Shown: one piece after another, positions 29,201 through 42,303 of the stretch
Layout of the letters: each line of letters starts with the position of its first letter
Position numbering within the stretch: the stretch's first letter is position 1
NCBI GenBank assembly: GCA_024704765.1
Contig: JAKMXF010000288.1
Coordinates: 310,001-374,000, forward strand
Length of the DNA: 64,000 bases
Reading direction: 5' to 3'
From: Oopsacas minuta
Lineage: Eukaryota; Animalia; Porifera
Position numbers and translations under genes: made by a program
The notes under the pieces: model-generated
The model's database searches: none
The model's input: only the letters and a program-made list of their open reading frames with translations
What the model was told of the DNA's origin: nothing

Positions 29201-31913
29201 AGTGTTGTCACTGTCTAAACAGCAAAATAGTAAACAAATGTCTGATGGCATAGAAAGGTGTGAAAATATACACGTAAGGAATTTCAATTGTCAGTTGCAA
29301 ATCTAGAGATCACTACGAGTATACATGACAAAATTGGTGTCTGAATCTCTAAAGGTGTGAACAGGAGAGTGAACAACGTATTTGGAAGTTAGGAATGTTG
29401 GCAATAGCATTACTGAACCATGGATAATTTGTATGAAATTTTGAGCCACAATGTGTCGAGAATCGAGGTGTTATCTGAACACACTTGAATATATTTATCA
29501 GATTATCCATGCTCCATTTATTTGTATTTACCTTTTGCCAAGTAAATTGCATTTCATTGAATTGTTTGTTTAACTCGTCGATCTCTTTCTCAAGTTTATC
29601 CAAATCAAAGAAATCGTCTCCCGACAGATCCTGTGAGGTGTAGAGAGAAGGTGTCTTAAGTAGCTCCCCCTGCTGGGACCGGCGCCCGCTACGCTGTGTG
29701 GACGTTTCCTTGGTCTCTTCCTCAAGGACCGAGGGGGTCGATTTCTTCTCGATAGATTCGGTCTCCATGCTTTCTTTACTGGGGATTTCTTGTAAGGTTG
29801 ATAGAGCTTCAGGTGAATCGGGTTGCTGTTCTGATTCAGTTTCTGAATCTTTTGGAGCTTCTCTCTAAATTTGATAATTTACAATAAATACAGTCAATTC
29901 CGCTAATATCGAAGTGTTAATAGTATAAATATGGTTCAAAACCATCAAAGTAACATATATTCCATTGGTCATATCGAAGTAATTATCACGGTCCCTTGAG
30001 CTTAGATATAACAGGAGTTAACTGTAATAAATTCATATCCATGGTCCAGTAACACAAACACAAGGAACATACACTTACCAATTTCTCCTGAACTTGTGTA
30101 GCATACTTCATAGCATCAAATGAGACCCGTGCTGTTCTAACTTCATCTGCCTCCCTGTCCTCGCCTTCCCTGGTCAACGTTACGGGCCCCTCCCCATCAT
30201 CCCTGGTCTCAAGGACAATGTTACTCCCACGTCTCGACCCTCTAGCTGATGGTGCCTTGCTACCAGGCAGCTTTCCTATAAATAGGCGTATAGACTGTAA
30301 TTCTATTGGTTTAGAAATGTATATTTCAACCAATAAAATTGCAGTGTTTATGTACCTAAACTCATAGCCAGTTTTCTGAGGTAAGATTTGACGTCATCAT
30401 TACCAGATTCTAGGCCCAGTATATAAGGAGTAGCTTTATTCAGATCCTCTGCGAATATACTCGCCCCCCTTTCAACCAATAAAGTTAGGCATTCCAGTTC
30501 TCCATTGTCCGCTGCGTCGTGGGCAGGAGTTCCCCCAACTTCGTCTGTTACTTTCACACCTGTGCCACTTGTGTCGTGATCCAAGAGCCACCTCAATGTG
30601 TCGACATGACCCTTGCTGGAAGCGAAGTGGATTGGCGTAGCTCCATCACCTAATAGTATTAAGAGGATTCCCATAGGATTCGTATTAAGACTATTCGTCC
30701 TCAAATTTAGAGAATCATCCTTACAATGTAACCTCCACAAACGAGGAAAGGCTACAGTGCATCGAAACTAACCAGTTTGTCCCAGTATTGCCTCTTTCCC
30801 TTGATGTTCAATCAGATATTTAACCACACGAGTATGTCCATTCTGAGACGCAGCGTGTAACGCCATCATCCCATCCTTAGCCCTCATACCCAGACTACAC
30901 CCTAGAGTACCCACCAGATGTTCTAGAACATTCAATCGTCCCTCTTGTGCTGCGTAGTATACAGGGGTAGTACCGTCGTCTACTGTTAGGTTAGCGAGAC
31001 TTGGGGAGTATTTGAGGAGAACCTTAAATAAGGAGAACTTGGGAACATGTGTTGTAAGAGTTAAATGAAAGTCGCGAAACTAAATGTCAGATCAGTAAAA
31101 ATAGTTTCACGCAATACAATGAATTTAATCCCCCTAGCAACGCAGGTAGGTCTCGGGAATGTATCAACATTCCATTCCTATGTAACCATTTATCACTCTT
31201 ACCTTTAAACAGGCCAAGTGTCCCAGTGCGGCACATATATGCACATCACTTTCCTCAGATTTATTCGGATCACCAAAAGCCGCGGTGCCAAATTCCTCAA
31301 GTAACCATTCCAATATACTCGGATGGTCTCTAAGGATAGCTAACTTCAGAGGTGTGAAACCGAGATTGTCATAAACTGTAGCAGCTTCTATTCTCTTGTT
31401 CAGATCGTAGTTTATTATTAGTTTCAGCATATCTAGGTTCCCTTGGGCTGCTGCTACGTGGCTAGGGGTCTCTCCGTTGTTAGCTCGCTCACAAATTGTC
31501 AGTTCTAAAGAATTGTTTTGACATCATTTATAGAAATACTCGCTTATATCAAAGTGTGAAATAACACAAATATGGCCCCCAAACCGTCAAAGAAATATAT
31601 AGTAGACTCTGCTTAATAGGGCAACATCGTGGCCCCATTAAGCTGACTTTACTGTCCTCTCAAACTTACCCGTATTGGTCAGTATCCACCTAAAAGCTCT
31701 AATTTGATTCTCCCTGGCCGCTAGATGTATCGGCGTAGCACCGTTAGCATCATTCAGTTTGAATAATTTTGGTTTTTGTCTGTTAGCTAACTCCAAGCAA
31801 GGAATATGACCGAGCATAGCTGCTTTATGAGCCTTCATATCAATAGCGTTACATAGCGTACAGAAGGTTTGTTCCTTCCTGTTCTTAGATTTAGGGACGA
31901 TTATCTTCTTCAT
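26224..31913 (-). CDS. Espin-like ankyrin-repeat protein with divergent acidic/coiled-coil C-terminus, multi-exon
   Basis: Ankyrin repeats resemble espin's N-terminal array (GTTPVYYAAQEGRL, DGMMALHAASQNGH, GATPIHFASSKGH, GGTPAHDAADNGELECL). Downstream exons (~29532-29865, ~29050-29215, ~27120-27294, ~26553-26760, 26224-26425) join in phase to a TAG at 26224. One donor is uncertain. Confidence 0.65.
26884..27025. mobile_element. Second intronic MITE family
   Basis: Imperfect cagt...actg termini and core cctctggaaaac; related copies at ~1557-1680 and ~38925-39045. Confidence 0.55.
27794..28834 (+). CDS. TSR3: 18S rRNA aminocarboxypropyltransferase TSR3, two exons, nested antisense
   Basis: Exons 27794-28121 and 28512-28834 give WDFNQCDPKKCTGKKL, VIDCSW, RLLPFL|VAANPVKYG, LSCVEALAA, FKWGHSFL. 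Confidence 0.93.
28958..29030. repeat. Short inverted repeat (mini-MITE)
   Basis: taaagtaaactccgattaat / attaatcggagtctacttta, 20-bp arms with one mismatch. Confidence 0.75.
29891..30024. mobile_element. Abundant intronic MITE family, complete copy
   Basis: TA-cagtcaattcc...ggagttaactg-TA with core cacggtcccttgagcttcgatataac. Partial copies at ~95-213, ~4141-4410, ~10208-10320, ~14730, ~23420-23530, ~28350-28480, ~37320-37452. Confidence 0.75.
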
Positions 31914-32176
31914 TTGGTGATGATTCCTATGTGGAGGGTGTGTTGCTAGGGAGAGGCGTGTATAGAATATTAAGGGTTACAAATATGATCAATAATTCAT
32001 GTGTGATCGTATAACAATCCATTTTCATCTGATTCCATCGCCCCTATGGTCCCTTTTGGTCCGTTAATGGGTGTTTATTACCATCAATAATATTCCTAAT
32101 TGTAACTATTATTTGCCTATTCACTAAAGAAAAGATGACTAGTAAACATCAACAAACTCATAAACAAATTCTAACT

Positions 32177-32719
32177 CTATTTCCCGGGGAGAATAATCCC
32201 ATCGTACTTGGTCTGGAACCACTTCATTGCCTCGTCTTTCGCGATCCGGTGTTTCCTTCCGACGCGGGACTGACAGCGTTTCCTTTTAGACACGTTGAAT
32301 CCGGCGCGACCCAATACGATAAATATATCCATACCAAATATACCGATACTTGGATCATACTTGATTCCCAAGTCGATATGCTCTTTGATGCCAAACCCAA
32401 AATTGCCCTGATTCGAGAAATTCCCCTGTCTCAATTCGTATTCTTTTACTTTCAGAGCGTTCTCCAGGATCGATTCAGCTTTCGGGCCGCGGACAGTGCA
32501 GTGTACGGCGATCTTCTCGTTACGACGGATGCCAAAGGATCGGACGGTGAATCTTGCTTTTGAATAAACGAGCTTTTTCTGGTCAGAAACAGCTGTAAGG
32601 ACTTTCGACGCTTTTGTTAATCTATCCCCACTCTCTCCAACGCAGATATTAAGACACAACTTGTCAATGAATATCTCACGCATTTTGTTCTCTGTCTTTT
32701 TACGTTTCTCCTCCGCCAT
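32177..32719 (-). CDS. RPL11: 60S ribosomal protein L11 (uL5), intronless
   Basis: [65 protein letters not shown]; full length and intact. Confidence 0.97.
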   Translation of the reverse strand: MAEEKRKKTENKMREIFIDKLCLNICVGESGDRLTKASKVLTAVSDQKKLVYSKARFTVRSFGIRRNEKIAVHCTVRGPKAESILENALKVKEYELRQGNFSNQGNFGFGIKEHIDLGIKYDPSIGIFGMDIFIVLGRAGFNVSKRKRCQSRVGRKHRIAKDEAMKWFQTKYDGIILPGK

Positions 32720-32855
32720 TTTTGTAGTTTAGCTATTTATGATTAATCAGTAATAACAACATATATTATTAGTAAACAAATAACAAACAAATGTTGATAT
32801 AAACAAATAAAACCATGAATTTACACATAAAAATATCTCAAAAGTTCAGAAATAT

Positions 32856-34064
32856 TTACAATTCTATTCCAGAATTCTTAATGTTTGAGTATGCAAATGA
32901 AACGTTAAAACTTCTTCTGCGACGTATTTCTAAAAATAGAATTAAGACAATTACAAACACAAGGATCACTATGACTAGCAAAACCACAAAAATGATTATG
33001 CCAGTTATCGCGCCACTTGACACCTTGTTAGGTAAGGTTGCGCTTATTACAGAGTTATTGGTTCCAATTTGGATGTGTTGTGTAGTTCCAAGTTGATGAG
33101 TTGTTGATGATGCAGTGGATGATATTACCGAACTTTTTCCAGTAACGCTAGTTCCCACGGTTCCGGTAGTTTCCATAGTTCCAGTTGTACCCATGGTTCC
33201 GGTAGTTTCCACGGTTCCTGTAGTTACCATGGTTCCGGTAGTTTCCACGGTTCCTGTAGTTACCATGGTTCCGGTAGTTTCCACGGTTCCTGTAGGTCCC
33301 ACGGTACCGGTAGTTTCCACGGTTCTTGTAGGTCCCACGGTACCAGTAGTTTCCACGGTTCCTGTAGGTCCCACGGTACCGGTAGTTTCCACGGTTCCTG
33401 TAGGTCCCACGGTACCAGTAGTTTCCACGGTTCCGGTAGTTTCCACGGTTCCTGTAGGTCCCACGTTTCCGGTAGTTCCCACGGTTCCGGTTGTTGTCAC
33501 CATAGGCGTTGTAACCATAGGTGTTGTAGTTGCAGTAACACAAAGAGGGTTTTGAGTAGTGCTAGTAGTAGCTCCCTCGCAACCACTCTTATCAATTGGT
33601 ACGTCAGTTTGTGGAATAACAGTATATGTTTTAGTTCCATATGAAACTGTTAACTTGAACTGGATTTTTCTAGCAAACTGTTTCATTCTAACATGACCAG
33701 TAACAGTATAGGTTAAGCCGAGGGGATGAATTTGTTCTTGGAAATTTTTGTTACCAGTAAAATTTCGGTTCAGATCAATATTGGAACCCAAAAACTGTCC
33801 TTTTACTTGTATATTAACAATCACTGGTGTCTCACAGGGGTATATTTGTACGCGGGGTTTAGCTACGGCGCCATAATTACTCGCTTCTGTGGGTGTGTCA
33901 CATTTCAAGATCAGACAATCGGAGGATTTGGTGCAAGTGGCGTGTAAACTGACGGCTATTTTATCCATAGCATCGCATGTACCTTGACAAACCTCAGAGT
34001 AACAACTGGATACAAATAGTAGAGATAGGAATGTTAGGGTCAAGTACATTGTTGTGCTTATCAT
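32856..34064 (-). CDS. Type I membrane mucin-like protein: signal peptide, Cys-rich domain, TTGTVx repeats, TM
   Basis: Hydrophobic N-terminus, ~150 aa Cys-containing domain, Thr-rich hexapeptide repeats, TM GAITGIIIFVVLLVIVILVFVIVLILFL followed by RRRR. Confidence 0.85.
   Translation of the reverse strand: MISTTMYLTLTFLSLLFVSSCYSEVCQGTCDAMDKIAVSLHATCTKSSDCLILKCDTPTEASNYGAVAKPRVQIYPCETPVIVNIQVKGQFLGSNIDLNRNFTGNKNFQEQIHPLGLTYTVTGHVRMKQFARKIQFKLTVSYGTKTYTVIPQTDVPIDKSGCEGATTSTTQNPLCVTATTTPMVTTPMVTTTGTVGTTGNVGPTGTVETTGTVETTGTVGPTGTVETTGTVGPTGTVETTGTVGPTRTVETTGTVGPTGTVETTGTMVTTGTVETTGTMVTTGTVETTGTMGTTGTMETTGTVGTSVTGKSSVISSTASSTTHQLGTTQHIQIGTNNSVISATLPNKVSSGAITGIIIFVVLLVIVILVFVIVLILFLEIRRRRSFNVSFAYSNIKNSGIEL
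33150..33495 (-). repeat. 18-bp coding tandem repeat (mucin VNTR)
   Basis: Variants of ggtagtttccacggttcc repeated in tandem, encoding TTGTVE/TTGTVG/TTGTMV. Confidence 0.9.
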
Positions 34065-34379
34065 AGCTAATTAGTAAACAAATAAACAAATAAACAAATA
34101 AACAAGACATAAATAAGTATTCCTTCCAAATATGGAGTTCTGTATAGACAATATTTTTGAAAAAATCCTCAGTGCCTATGAATTTGAAAATTGAAACTGA
34201 AAGTGAAAGTGGACCCCAAAGCAGCTTCGGGTATACAACTAAGGACAGTTGGGCCCTGGAGGTGTGAACAGGCCCGGTTTATCCGACTATGACTGGTGCC
34301 AACAGTGGGCATAAATTTTCAAAATTACCTGTGCCACAATAATTCGTAACACCGCCTCCAAAATTAATAAAATGATAAA

Positions 34380-35612
34380 CTAATCAGAATTAGAATCTAA
34401 CAACTCACTCAACTGTATTTCCCTATTCACATATTTAAGTCTGTTCGTAAACACATCACTAAGCTCCCCTGACAAATACGAACTTACACCTTTTATAGTT
34501 TGTCCGATACGGTGATCAGTTATACGATCGTCAGGGAAATTATATGTACGTATCTTCTCGGATCGGTCCCCGTAACCAACTTGGTTCCTCCGCGTTTCTA
34601 ATCTCTCATTTTTTGTTTTGGAGTTTTTCAAATCGAATAGTTTCGCGCGTAACATGTCCAAAGCTTTTTGTTTGTTTTTGATTTGTGAGCGGTGAATTTG
34701 GCAGGCAACGATAATGCCAGTTGGAATGTGTGTTACTCGTACTGCACTATCTGTCGTGTTTACGTACTGACCGCCGGCTCCTGTAGCTCTTACAGCCTCA
34801 ATACGTAGGTCACTATTGTTGATGACAACCTAGAAAGATTCAGTGTTATAATAAGTAAATCGAATTCAGAAATCCAGAATAAACTGGCATAAACCACTCG
34901 ATGCGGACACATCCAAATCCTACTCACCTCTTCTTCCTTAGGAACAGATAGCACAGCTACTGTGACAGTACTAGTATGTATTCTACCAGCACCACTCGTA
35001 TAAGGAACCCGCTGTACTCTATGCACACCAGCTTCAAATCTCAAATCATCGTAACAAGAATTTCCTTGTAGCCCGAATGAGACACTTTTGAACCCTCCTA
35101 GTTCTGTTTTATTCGATTCAAACTCTTCCAGAATCCATTTACGTCGGTTAGCTAGTTGCGCGTACATTGAGTAGAGGTCACGGGCGAATAAGGAAGCCTC
35201 TGCGCCCCCAGCAGCCGAACGGATCTCAATTATGCATTCATTAGGGAAAGCGTCCAGCACGAGGTCATATAGAATAGCTAGGATATCTGTGTGTAATGCG
35301 TCGATTGTATTTGAGATTGTTTCAGAGTCTTTTTGACCAATTTCTGATAGTTCCGGATTAGTTTGTGTCAGATATTTCAATTCTTGTAATTCCGTTTCGC
35401 AGGTTTGAATTTGAGAATTCAAAAATTTGATTTTTTGTATTTTTATTGATTTTTGAGGGAAATTTGGAATATTTTTAGGATTAATATTTTGTAAGAAGTT
35501 TGTTATTTTATCTCTCGAAGGTGGAGGTGGCGCTGATAATAATGTGGATAAAGGTGTTATGTGTCGCGACTGAAAAGTAGCTAATCTGAATATAACAAGC
35601 ATCTGGATCATA
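34380..35612 (-). CDS. MTRF1L: Mitochondrial class I peptide chain release factor (mtRF1a-like), two exons
   Basis: Exons ~35612/35603-34928 and 34829-34380. Motifs EIRSAAGGAEASLFA, FEAGVHRVQRVPYT, GRIHTSTVTVAVL, ATGAGGQYVNTTDSAVR, RSEKIRTYNF. Start codon uncertain. Confidence 0.88.
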
Positions 35613-35944
35613 AAAATATAAATAGAATAAAGACCGATTCCACCGTAAAAGGAGGACAATTATTCATATCAAATAGCCCACATTAAGAGGAGTACTTGGA
35701 TGTACAAAACAATTTCAATTATCCAATAGGTTAGCAACCAACATGGACCTAAAATATGTTGTTTTGACAAATAGAGTCCCCAATGCGAGGAGTGACTCAA
35801 AAAGAACTAGAACAACATCCAAGGTCATTACGTCAAAACAGCCGCATATATAGTTACTAATAAATAAACACAAAATTCGTCAAAAAATAAAAGAATAAAC
35901 ACAAGTGTTTGGGTTACCGACATTCCATTATACAATTTGTGTTG

Positions 35945-38900
35945 CTAAGGAACTGCTACAGTATCAAACTTAGAACTATCAATGTCACCTGTCTCTTCTT
36001 TGATTGGTTGAGAGGATAATCTCTCAGAAAGTTTAGTTTCTAATTCTTGATCTGATTTGGAGTCTCTTTTCGATTCATCACCCTTTTGAAAACAAAAATA
36101 AACACAATAGACTCTGCTTAATCGGATCAAATGGTCTGTGGTCCCAAAGAGACCCTATTAAGTGGAGGCTATTGTAAATACGGTGGACCCCAGAGGCTCA
36201 TGGTAGCGTTTCCTTGGAAAAACTGTCTGACTATAACTACAGTCAAGATTTTATGGGAGTTGACTGTATGAGTGACTTACTTTTACGGTTTCCTTGTTCA
36301 GGATAGATCTTCTAGCATTCCTCGGGGTGTCTTTTCGTTTCAAAGCAGGGGGTGTCGGGGTAGCAGAGACGACCGTTCCCTCGGGTAAGATAGGAGTGGG
36401 TACTGTTGAAGTTGGTCTACTCGGGACCTCTTCTATCGCGGGAAGAGGTTGGGGTCTTGAGCCTATAGTTGTCCGCTTTTCTGGTGTCCGTACGGATTCC
36501 TCTGATTTGGGACGAGTTAAACTTGTTTGTCCTGTCTGTTTATTAAACCAAAATGATTTTACCTGTCAAAGGAACTGAATTAATACAGTCACTTGTTAGG
36601 AGGGGAACATGTTCTTCTCTTGGATCCTAGGTGTCCCCCTAGTTCATGAGTGTCTCCCCTAACATCGCAATTTTCGGATTTGATGAGCACATGGGAATCA
36701 TGGAAAACTCAGAGAAACATGAAATTATTATGTAGAACACTTTGTCACATATCTTAATGAATTCTACTTACCTTTATGCTTGGTAATTCAACCCATACAG
36801 ATTTCCCTGGCAACATATTCTGGTAAAGGAATTTGATCAGCTGGTGAGCTAATTCTACAAACCCATTGTAATGCAGATAGAATACTCCATCTTTTGTTAC
36901 ATTAGCCAAGGTGTTAAAACCATCTCTTAACTCTGAGATTTGATTGGTTGTAAGTGTTGATTGTAGGGATATGAAGTTATTGAATTCATCTTGGTCGATT
37001 ACTCCATCTTTCCTTGCGTCTGTTAAGAATATCATTTCTATGACGACCTCCTCGAATAAATCGTCTTTGAGTGAGGGACGGAAATCCTCTGGCCTTTCAT
37101 CTGTCAGCTGTAAATATATTAATCCTAATATATACAGTCGAGTCTTGTTAATGCGAACACGGTTAAGGCGTAACTCAAGCAGTCCCCTGGTGTACGCATT
37201 AACGCGAGTCTACTGTATGCATATCGGCACATGACGTCATTGACATGTTTGTTCAAGCAAATGTGTTAAAAGAAGTCCCTGCTTAACCGAAATATATCAA
37301 GAAAATACTCTTCGTTATATCTAACACGGATATACCGAAGTGTGAATTATACAAATATGGCCACAAACCGTCAAAGTAGCATATATTCTATCGGTGATAT
37401 CGAAGGAATTGTCACGGTCCCTTGAGCTTCGATATTACGGGTGTTGACCGTATAATTACTCATATTTTGACACGTGTAGCACACGCTCGTAGGACTCTGG
37501 CTACACTACCAGTCTGTCGGCTAGATATTTATTCAAATTATAATGCTACCTGTTTCCCCGTCTGTGGAGGTTTAACTGTACCTGTTGAGAGAATTTATTG
37601 AAGTATAGATATCCTGTGTTAGGATGATACAATTGACACCACATTTCTTCAAATGAATAACTGTAGTTAATCAGCTGCTGCTGAGATCTCTGATGATATA
37701 TGGCAGATAGTATTTGAGGAATATTTGGTAGAATTGTATTGTAGTTAACTGTTTGGAAGCGATTTGTCCCAAACTGTGATCCAATAAAGTGAAGTTCCTC
37801 ATCAGTAAGATAGAGTCCTATGTTGATATTTAAGTTTTTAGGTGACAAATCAAACCGAGAGAGAATTGGTCAATTTCTCAAAATATGTGAATATTCGCGT
37901 AAACAATTGAACCAGCAATAAGTCACATCACTTCGCAACTACACCTCAAATACACACGTCATAGTTCTGGTTCCAATTGAATATATTAATGAACATTACT
38001 CCTCCCATATACTGACCTAAATTGGGCTGTTTGAGAACCTGTAACAACCCCTCTAACATAACACTTCCAGTATCCTCTGGGTCTACAGATCTCAGAGATT
38101 CATTCATTATATAATAGAACTTCTCCATAGGTGTCAAATATGTCAAATCAAATTCCTCTTCTCCTGAAAACGCGTCTGTCTCTGAGGGTCTGTCTAGATC
38201 ACTAGCGGTGTCCTCTGGGGATCTAGGTTCAACAACTACATTCTCTGGTTCCTTGAGTATTCCATCTAAAATAGAAAATGAAATATTTATAAATAGAACA
38301 AAACAGCTGATAAATTAGATATTTTAGGAATAATCTGATTGGTGTGAGTTGCCCAATCAATTTGCAGGCAAATATGGGTACAATAACCATTTTCACGACC
38401 ATGGGACGGATTTTTGGTGGTAGCTATAGACTTGAAATTTGGTATAGGTGTAGATTGTGATAAATAGATACCATTTCAAATATCTAAGCGATATCCATGT
38501 TGTGGAAGGTGTTGGTGTTATAATTATATACGGCTTCTCTTAAACACATATGGCTCTATGTATTATTATTACAGTCAGCAAAATGACTAAGACAATTCGC
38601 CAACACCTTCCACAACATCCACAAAACTCTCTGAGATAGGTCATAAACTGTGTCGACGGTATATATACATATTCTAACACCTATAGAGACAGGAAATTGA
38701 TTGAATTAGCATGTACGTATATACCTTGGGTGTCTAGCTCGATATCTTGTTCTATCGGCGAATAAGATATTTCAACAACTTCATCTGCTCTTGATGAGAC
38801 AGTTGGTGAAGGAATAGTCTCTATAGCTAGAGGAACATTATCAGGTGTTGTATCACCTCTTCTCTCTTCAATTGGAGTAATAGATTCTTTAGAAATATCT

Positions 38901-40951
38901 AAAATATGGATACAGCTGTTTGATAGAGTGATTATCGCTTATAAGAACAGGCTTAAGAGTAGAAAAGTATGTTCTTATAACCGATATGAATTATACAAGA
39001 ACATAGGAGAACAGTTTTCCAGAGGATGGTCCTTATAAGCGATACACCATGGATACGAGTATGGCTATAAGGAATGCCATAACATACCAGATATTATCTG
39101 CTCAATCAATTCCTGTCTTTCATTATCATCTGCTAAATAACCTATAACAGATTTCTGATCTTCTCCCTGCTCACTGAGGGGTGTTAGATCCTCTATTCTT
39201 AGACGTTGTAAATAGCTAAATATAGTAACAATAATGACAGTCCGTTGGTGCATCGGTTCCACTGTATTGTTACGTGGTATTACCTAGTTACGGTATCGTC
39301 CAATTGGTATGCTGGAGTGTCAGGTTGTTTCTCAGTCCATTTGAGGAGTGTCATGTGAATAATTCTGTTATGAATTCTGTCAGATTCCATCCGCCAGAAT
39401 GCGATATCTTTCCCTCTCTTCTTATCAGCAAATCGACGCTAGAAAAAGGATTAATATCCATAGTCCAAAGTCTAATTTTCTTAACAATTTATGGTTCAAA
39501 CCACTTAAAATAAGATACTTTTGACGATTGTTAAGTGAACTAAATACCTCCAATTATTGTGCCCACATTTGTCCACATTTTGACCACAATCTGAGTGCCA
39601 TTGTTACATATAATTACCTCGACTACGCTTATGGTTTTAAGAATGTTACCAACCTCATAATCTTGTTTCAATTGTCTATTGAATCTCTGTTCATTTTCCA
39701 ATTTATATTTCTCTCTTTGAAGTTCTAAATTCTCCAAAAGTGCTTCGATTCTTTTTGCTAGAAAATATCGAAAATATATTACAAATTACAATGGAACCTC
39801 GTTAATAAGAACACCAAAGGAAGGCCAAAATTTCCAATTTATTATATCCTTGGGGAAACTAAAGTGATGTATCTCGTACTATATAACACATTCCAGGAAG
39901 GTTTTTTCGTTGTTAAGGAGGGAATTTTGTGAGTTGTAATGGGACATAATTTGCAATTCTAATCAACCTTCTTTCTCGGCCAAATCTTGCAGATTTTTCT
40001 TGGTTTCAATCTCTGTAATTCTTTTGTAACTTTTCAGTTTATGAATATTGAATTGCTTTTGCTTTTCTCTTGCTTGTGACTTCTCAATCGACCATTTTAA
40101 GATTTTGGGTAGCTTTGTCGGTGTCTCCCTCAAACGTAGTTTCCTATCCTCATTCCTCTCTCGTAACTGTAAATAATAAACAAACAAACAACAACAAATG
40201 GAAATAATAATGTGATTAACAACCAATCATATTCTAGCGTATGAAACTAACTTTCTCAATCAGCATTTCGCGTCTTTCTAGTAATTCATGAGCTCTGACT
40301 CTCTGTCGCTGTTCACTGGGGGCAGCCACAACCCTCATATCTGACGTCACGAACCCCTGGCGCTCCAAGTGCCGTCGGAACACCCGGCTATTTAGTAAAA
40401 ACCCTCGGCAGTGAGGATCATGCAAACTATCATATGCATTGTATGTTAGAGGACGTTCTGCCATACGGTCTGGTAGCCTATAAAGAGATAACCAATAAGA
40501 ATGCAGAGTTAAGATAGGCATAATGACACAACTATAAATACAGCCGAATTTCGTTAAAACCAAATTCGAACAAATCGAAAGAATGAAAGTATATCCTCTT
40601 GACTGGGTCAAATTGGAACTAAGTAGTGCTAATTGGCAGGATTAACCATGGACACATTTATACAATGTAATCAAGTAAATCCTACTTTCTAGTTGGTGGA
40701 ACTTCTTTAATAAATACTTCCTCGTACATAACAGGGTCCGAATAGACATGAGGGGGGAGATCATATCTGGGAGAACCTAAGAACGCTTTATGAGCCGGTT
40801 CAGGAGGTATCACCGAGCCTAATGGGTCGGTAGCTAGGTCCCTTGTCTGTTCTCTCAACCATGAATAGCTCTGTGCCGTTACAGGGAGGGTTCCTACCCT
40901 CATATGAGAGGGAGGGAGTCTGGGCAGATATATCCCATCTGTCCTGCTCAT
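35945..40951 (-). CDS. FSIP2-like N-terminal domain + coiled coil + two EF-hand/WW-like modules, multi-exon
   Basis: YNAYDSLHDPHCRGF...RHLERQGFVTSDMRVV resembles the FSIP2 SLHDPH motif. EF-like loops DPEDTGSV and DARKDGVIDQDEF. WW-like splice joins WCQLYHPNTGYLYFNKFSQQ|LTDERP and WVELPSIK|VKSFWFNKQTGQTSLTRP. Middle exons not all verified. Confidence 0.55.
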
Positions 40952-41021
40952 GAAGCTTATTGATGTAATGAAATTATTATTTGTAAGACAGCTGATTATG
41001 ATAAAATGGTTTCAGCATGAC

Positions 41022-41035
41022 GTTAGCATAGCTAC
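41022..41035. promoter_or_regulatory. Degenerate X-box upstream of FSIP2-like gene
   Basis: gttagcatagctac (reverse complement GTAGCTATGCTAAC), ~70 bp upstream of ATG. Confidence 0.3.
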
Positions 41036-42303
41036 CAAACAGAGTAAATGGAATTTTGTATATTTTAGCGGGATGTATTATATCATTAATCCGGTCCTCC
41101 TTTTGCCAAGTTTGGCGGGACATAACACTCGCATAATTCCAAAAAAGCGGGACGTACTGCGAAAACGTGGCAGTCAGTATACACCCTGGATCCCGGAGGG
41201 TTTACAAGTGTCCCGATTAACCGGTGTCTACCGTATTTATGACGTCATAATAGAAAATTCCCTTCCACATACAATATAATTTCACTTGACATATAATCCA
41301 TGGTCCAATGTCCCAAAAAATGTAATGTCACAGAACATAAACTCCGAAAGCCATAAACACACAAACCAAGCAGACCAACCAAATTACCGTCCAGCGAAAA
41401 CACATAATAACACGGCGAATATATGAATAATTGAGATACCATATTATGAAATATGTCACCAAATATGAAGCCATTTGTATAAGAACTTCGTACTTGTGAA
41501 AAGTGTTATTAGTTATCCACAGGAACAGATAATTGGTTTAACAGCGAAGAGGCTAGAATTACTGAATTATTAGGCAAGCTATTAAAGGAGGTGAATTGTA
41601 TATTAGAATGTTAAATATTTGAATTGTGGCTCGGTGTTATGTGACACCATAACGTGGAATTGTGTCGCATCTCGGTAGGTATTATAATATGTTCCGTCAA
41701 GCACCCCATGGTCCGGAACCTTCCCTCTTGATCTCTTTTTCAATCTGTTTGGCATATATAGCATAGTACAATGAAAATTATACTATTTTCACGATAGAAC
41801 CGTGAATGACACAATTTCGAAATTCACATTCGAGAGCCTTGGAAATTGGGCAGAGATATTCGTGAGAATGGGACAAATATGTCCCCCTCCGAGATTAGAG
41901 TGTTAGGTAGGTCAGTGACCACCTTTACCAAGTTAAACACATTCTGGGACCCCCTCCCATAAACTGCAATACAAATTCTGAGTGGACTCCCTGCTGTCGT
42001 CCGTGGACCACCTAGTGATCAATAGACCCCAGCTCAGAGACCGCTGACCTATACGGTCCACTACCTTCAAGAATTACCCTTCAAAAAATGAAATTGTGTA
42101 AAAATACTGTTAATGAGCATATACAAGTTGTTGTTTAGCTCAACAATGAGAGATAAAGACAAGTAAATAACAACAAAGAGCATACGTATAATTATATTTG
42201 TAATTTTAACTGGTAGTTTAAAGAACACTAGTGTAAAGCTTTACAGTTTTTACACACTTTAAGACCCACACGGACCCCTGTCCTCCCTCCCCTCCCCGTT
42301 GTT

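Noticed and set aside
32177-32719. RPL11 as a processed pseudogene
   Set aside because: ORF intact, no poly(A) remnant or flanking duplication, and many neighbouring housekeeping genes are also intronless.
33115-33555. Antisense and alternate-frame repeat ORFs (PVVSTV..., YRNRGN...)
   Set aside because: By-products of the 18-bp mucin repeat.
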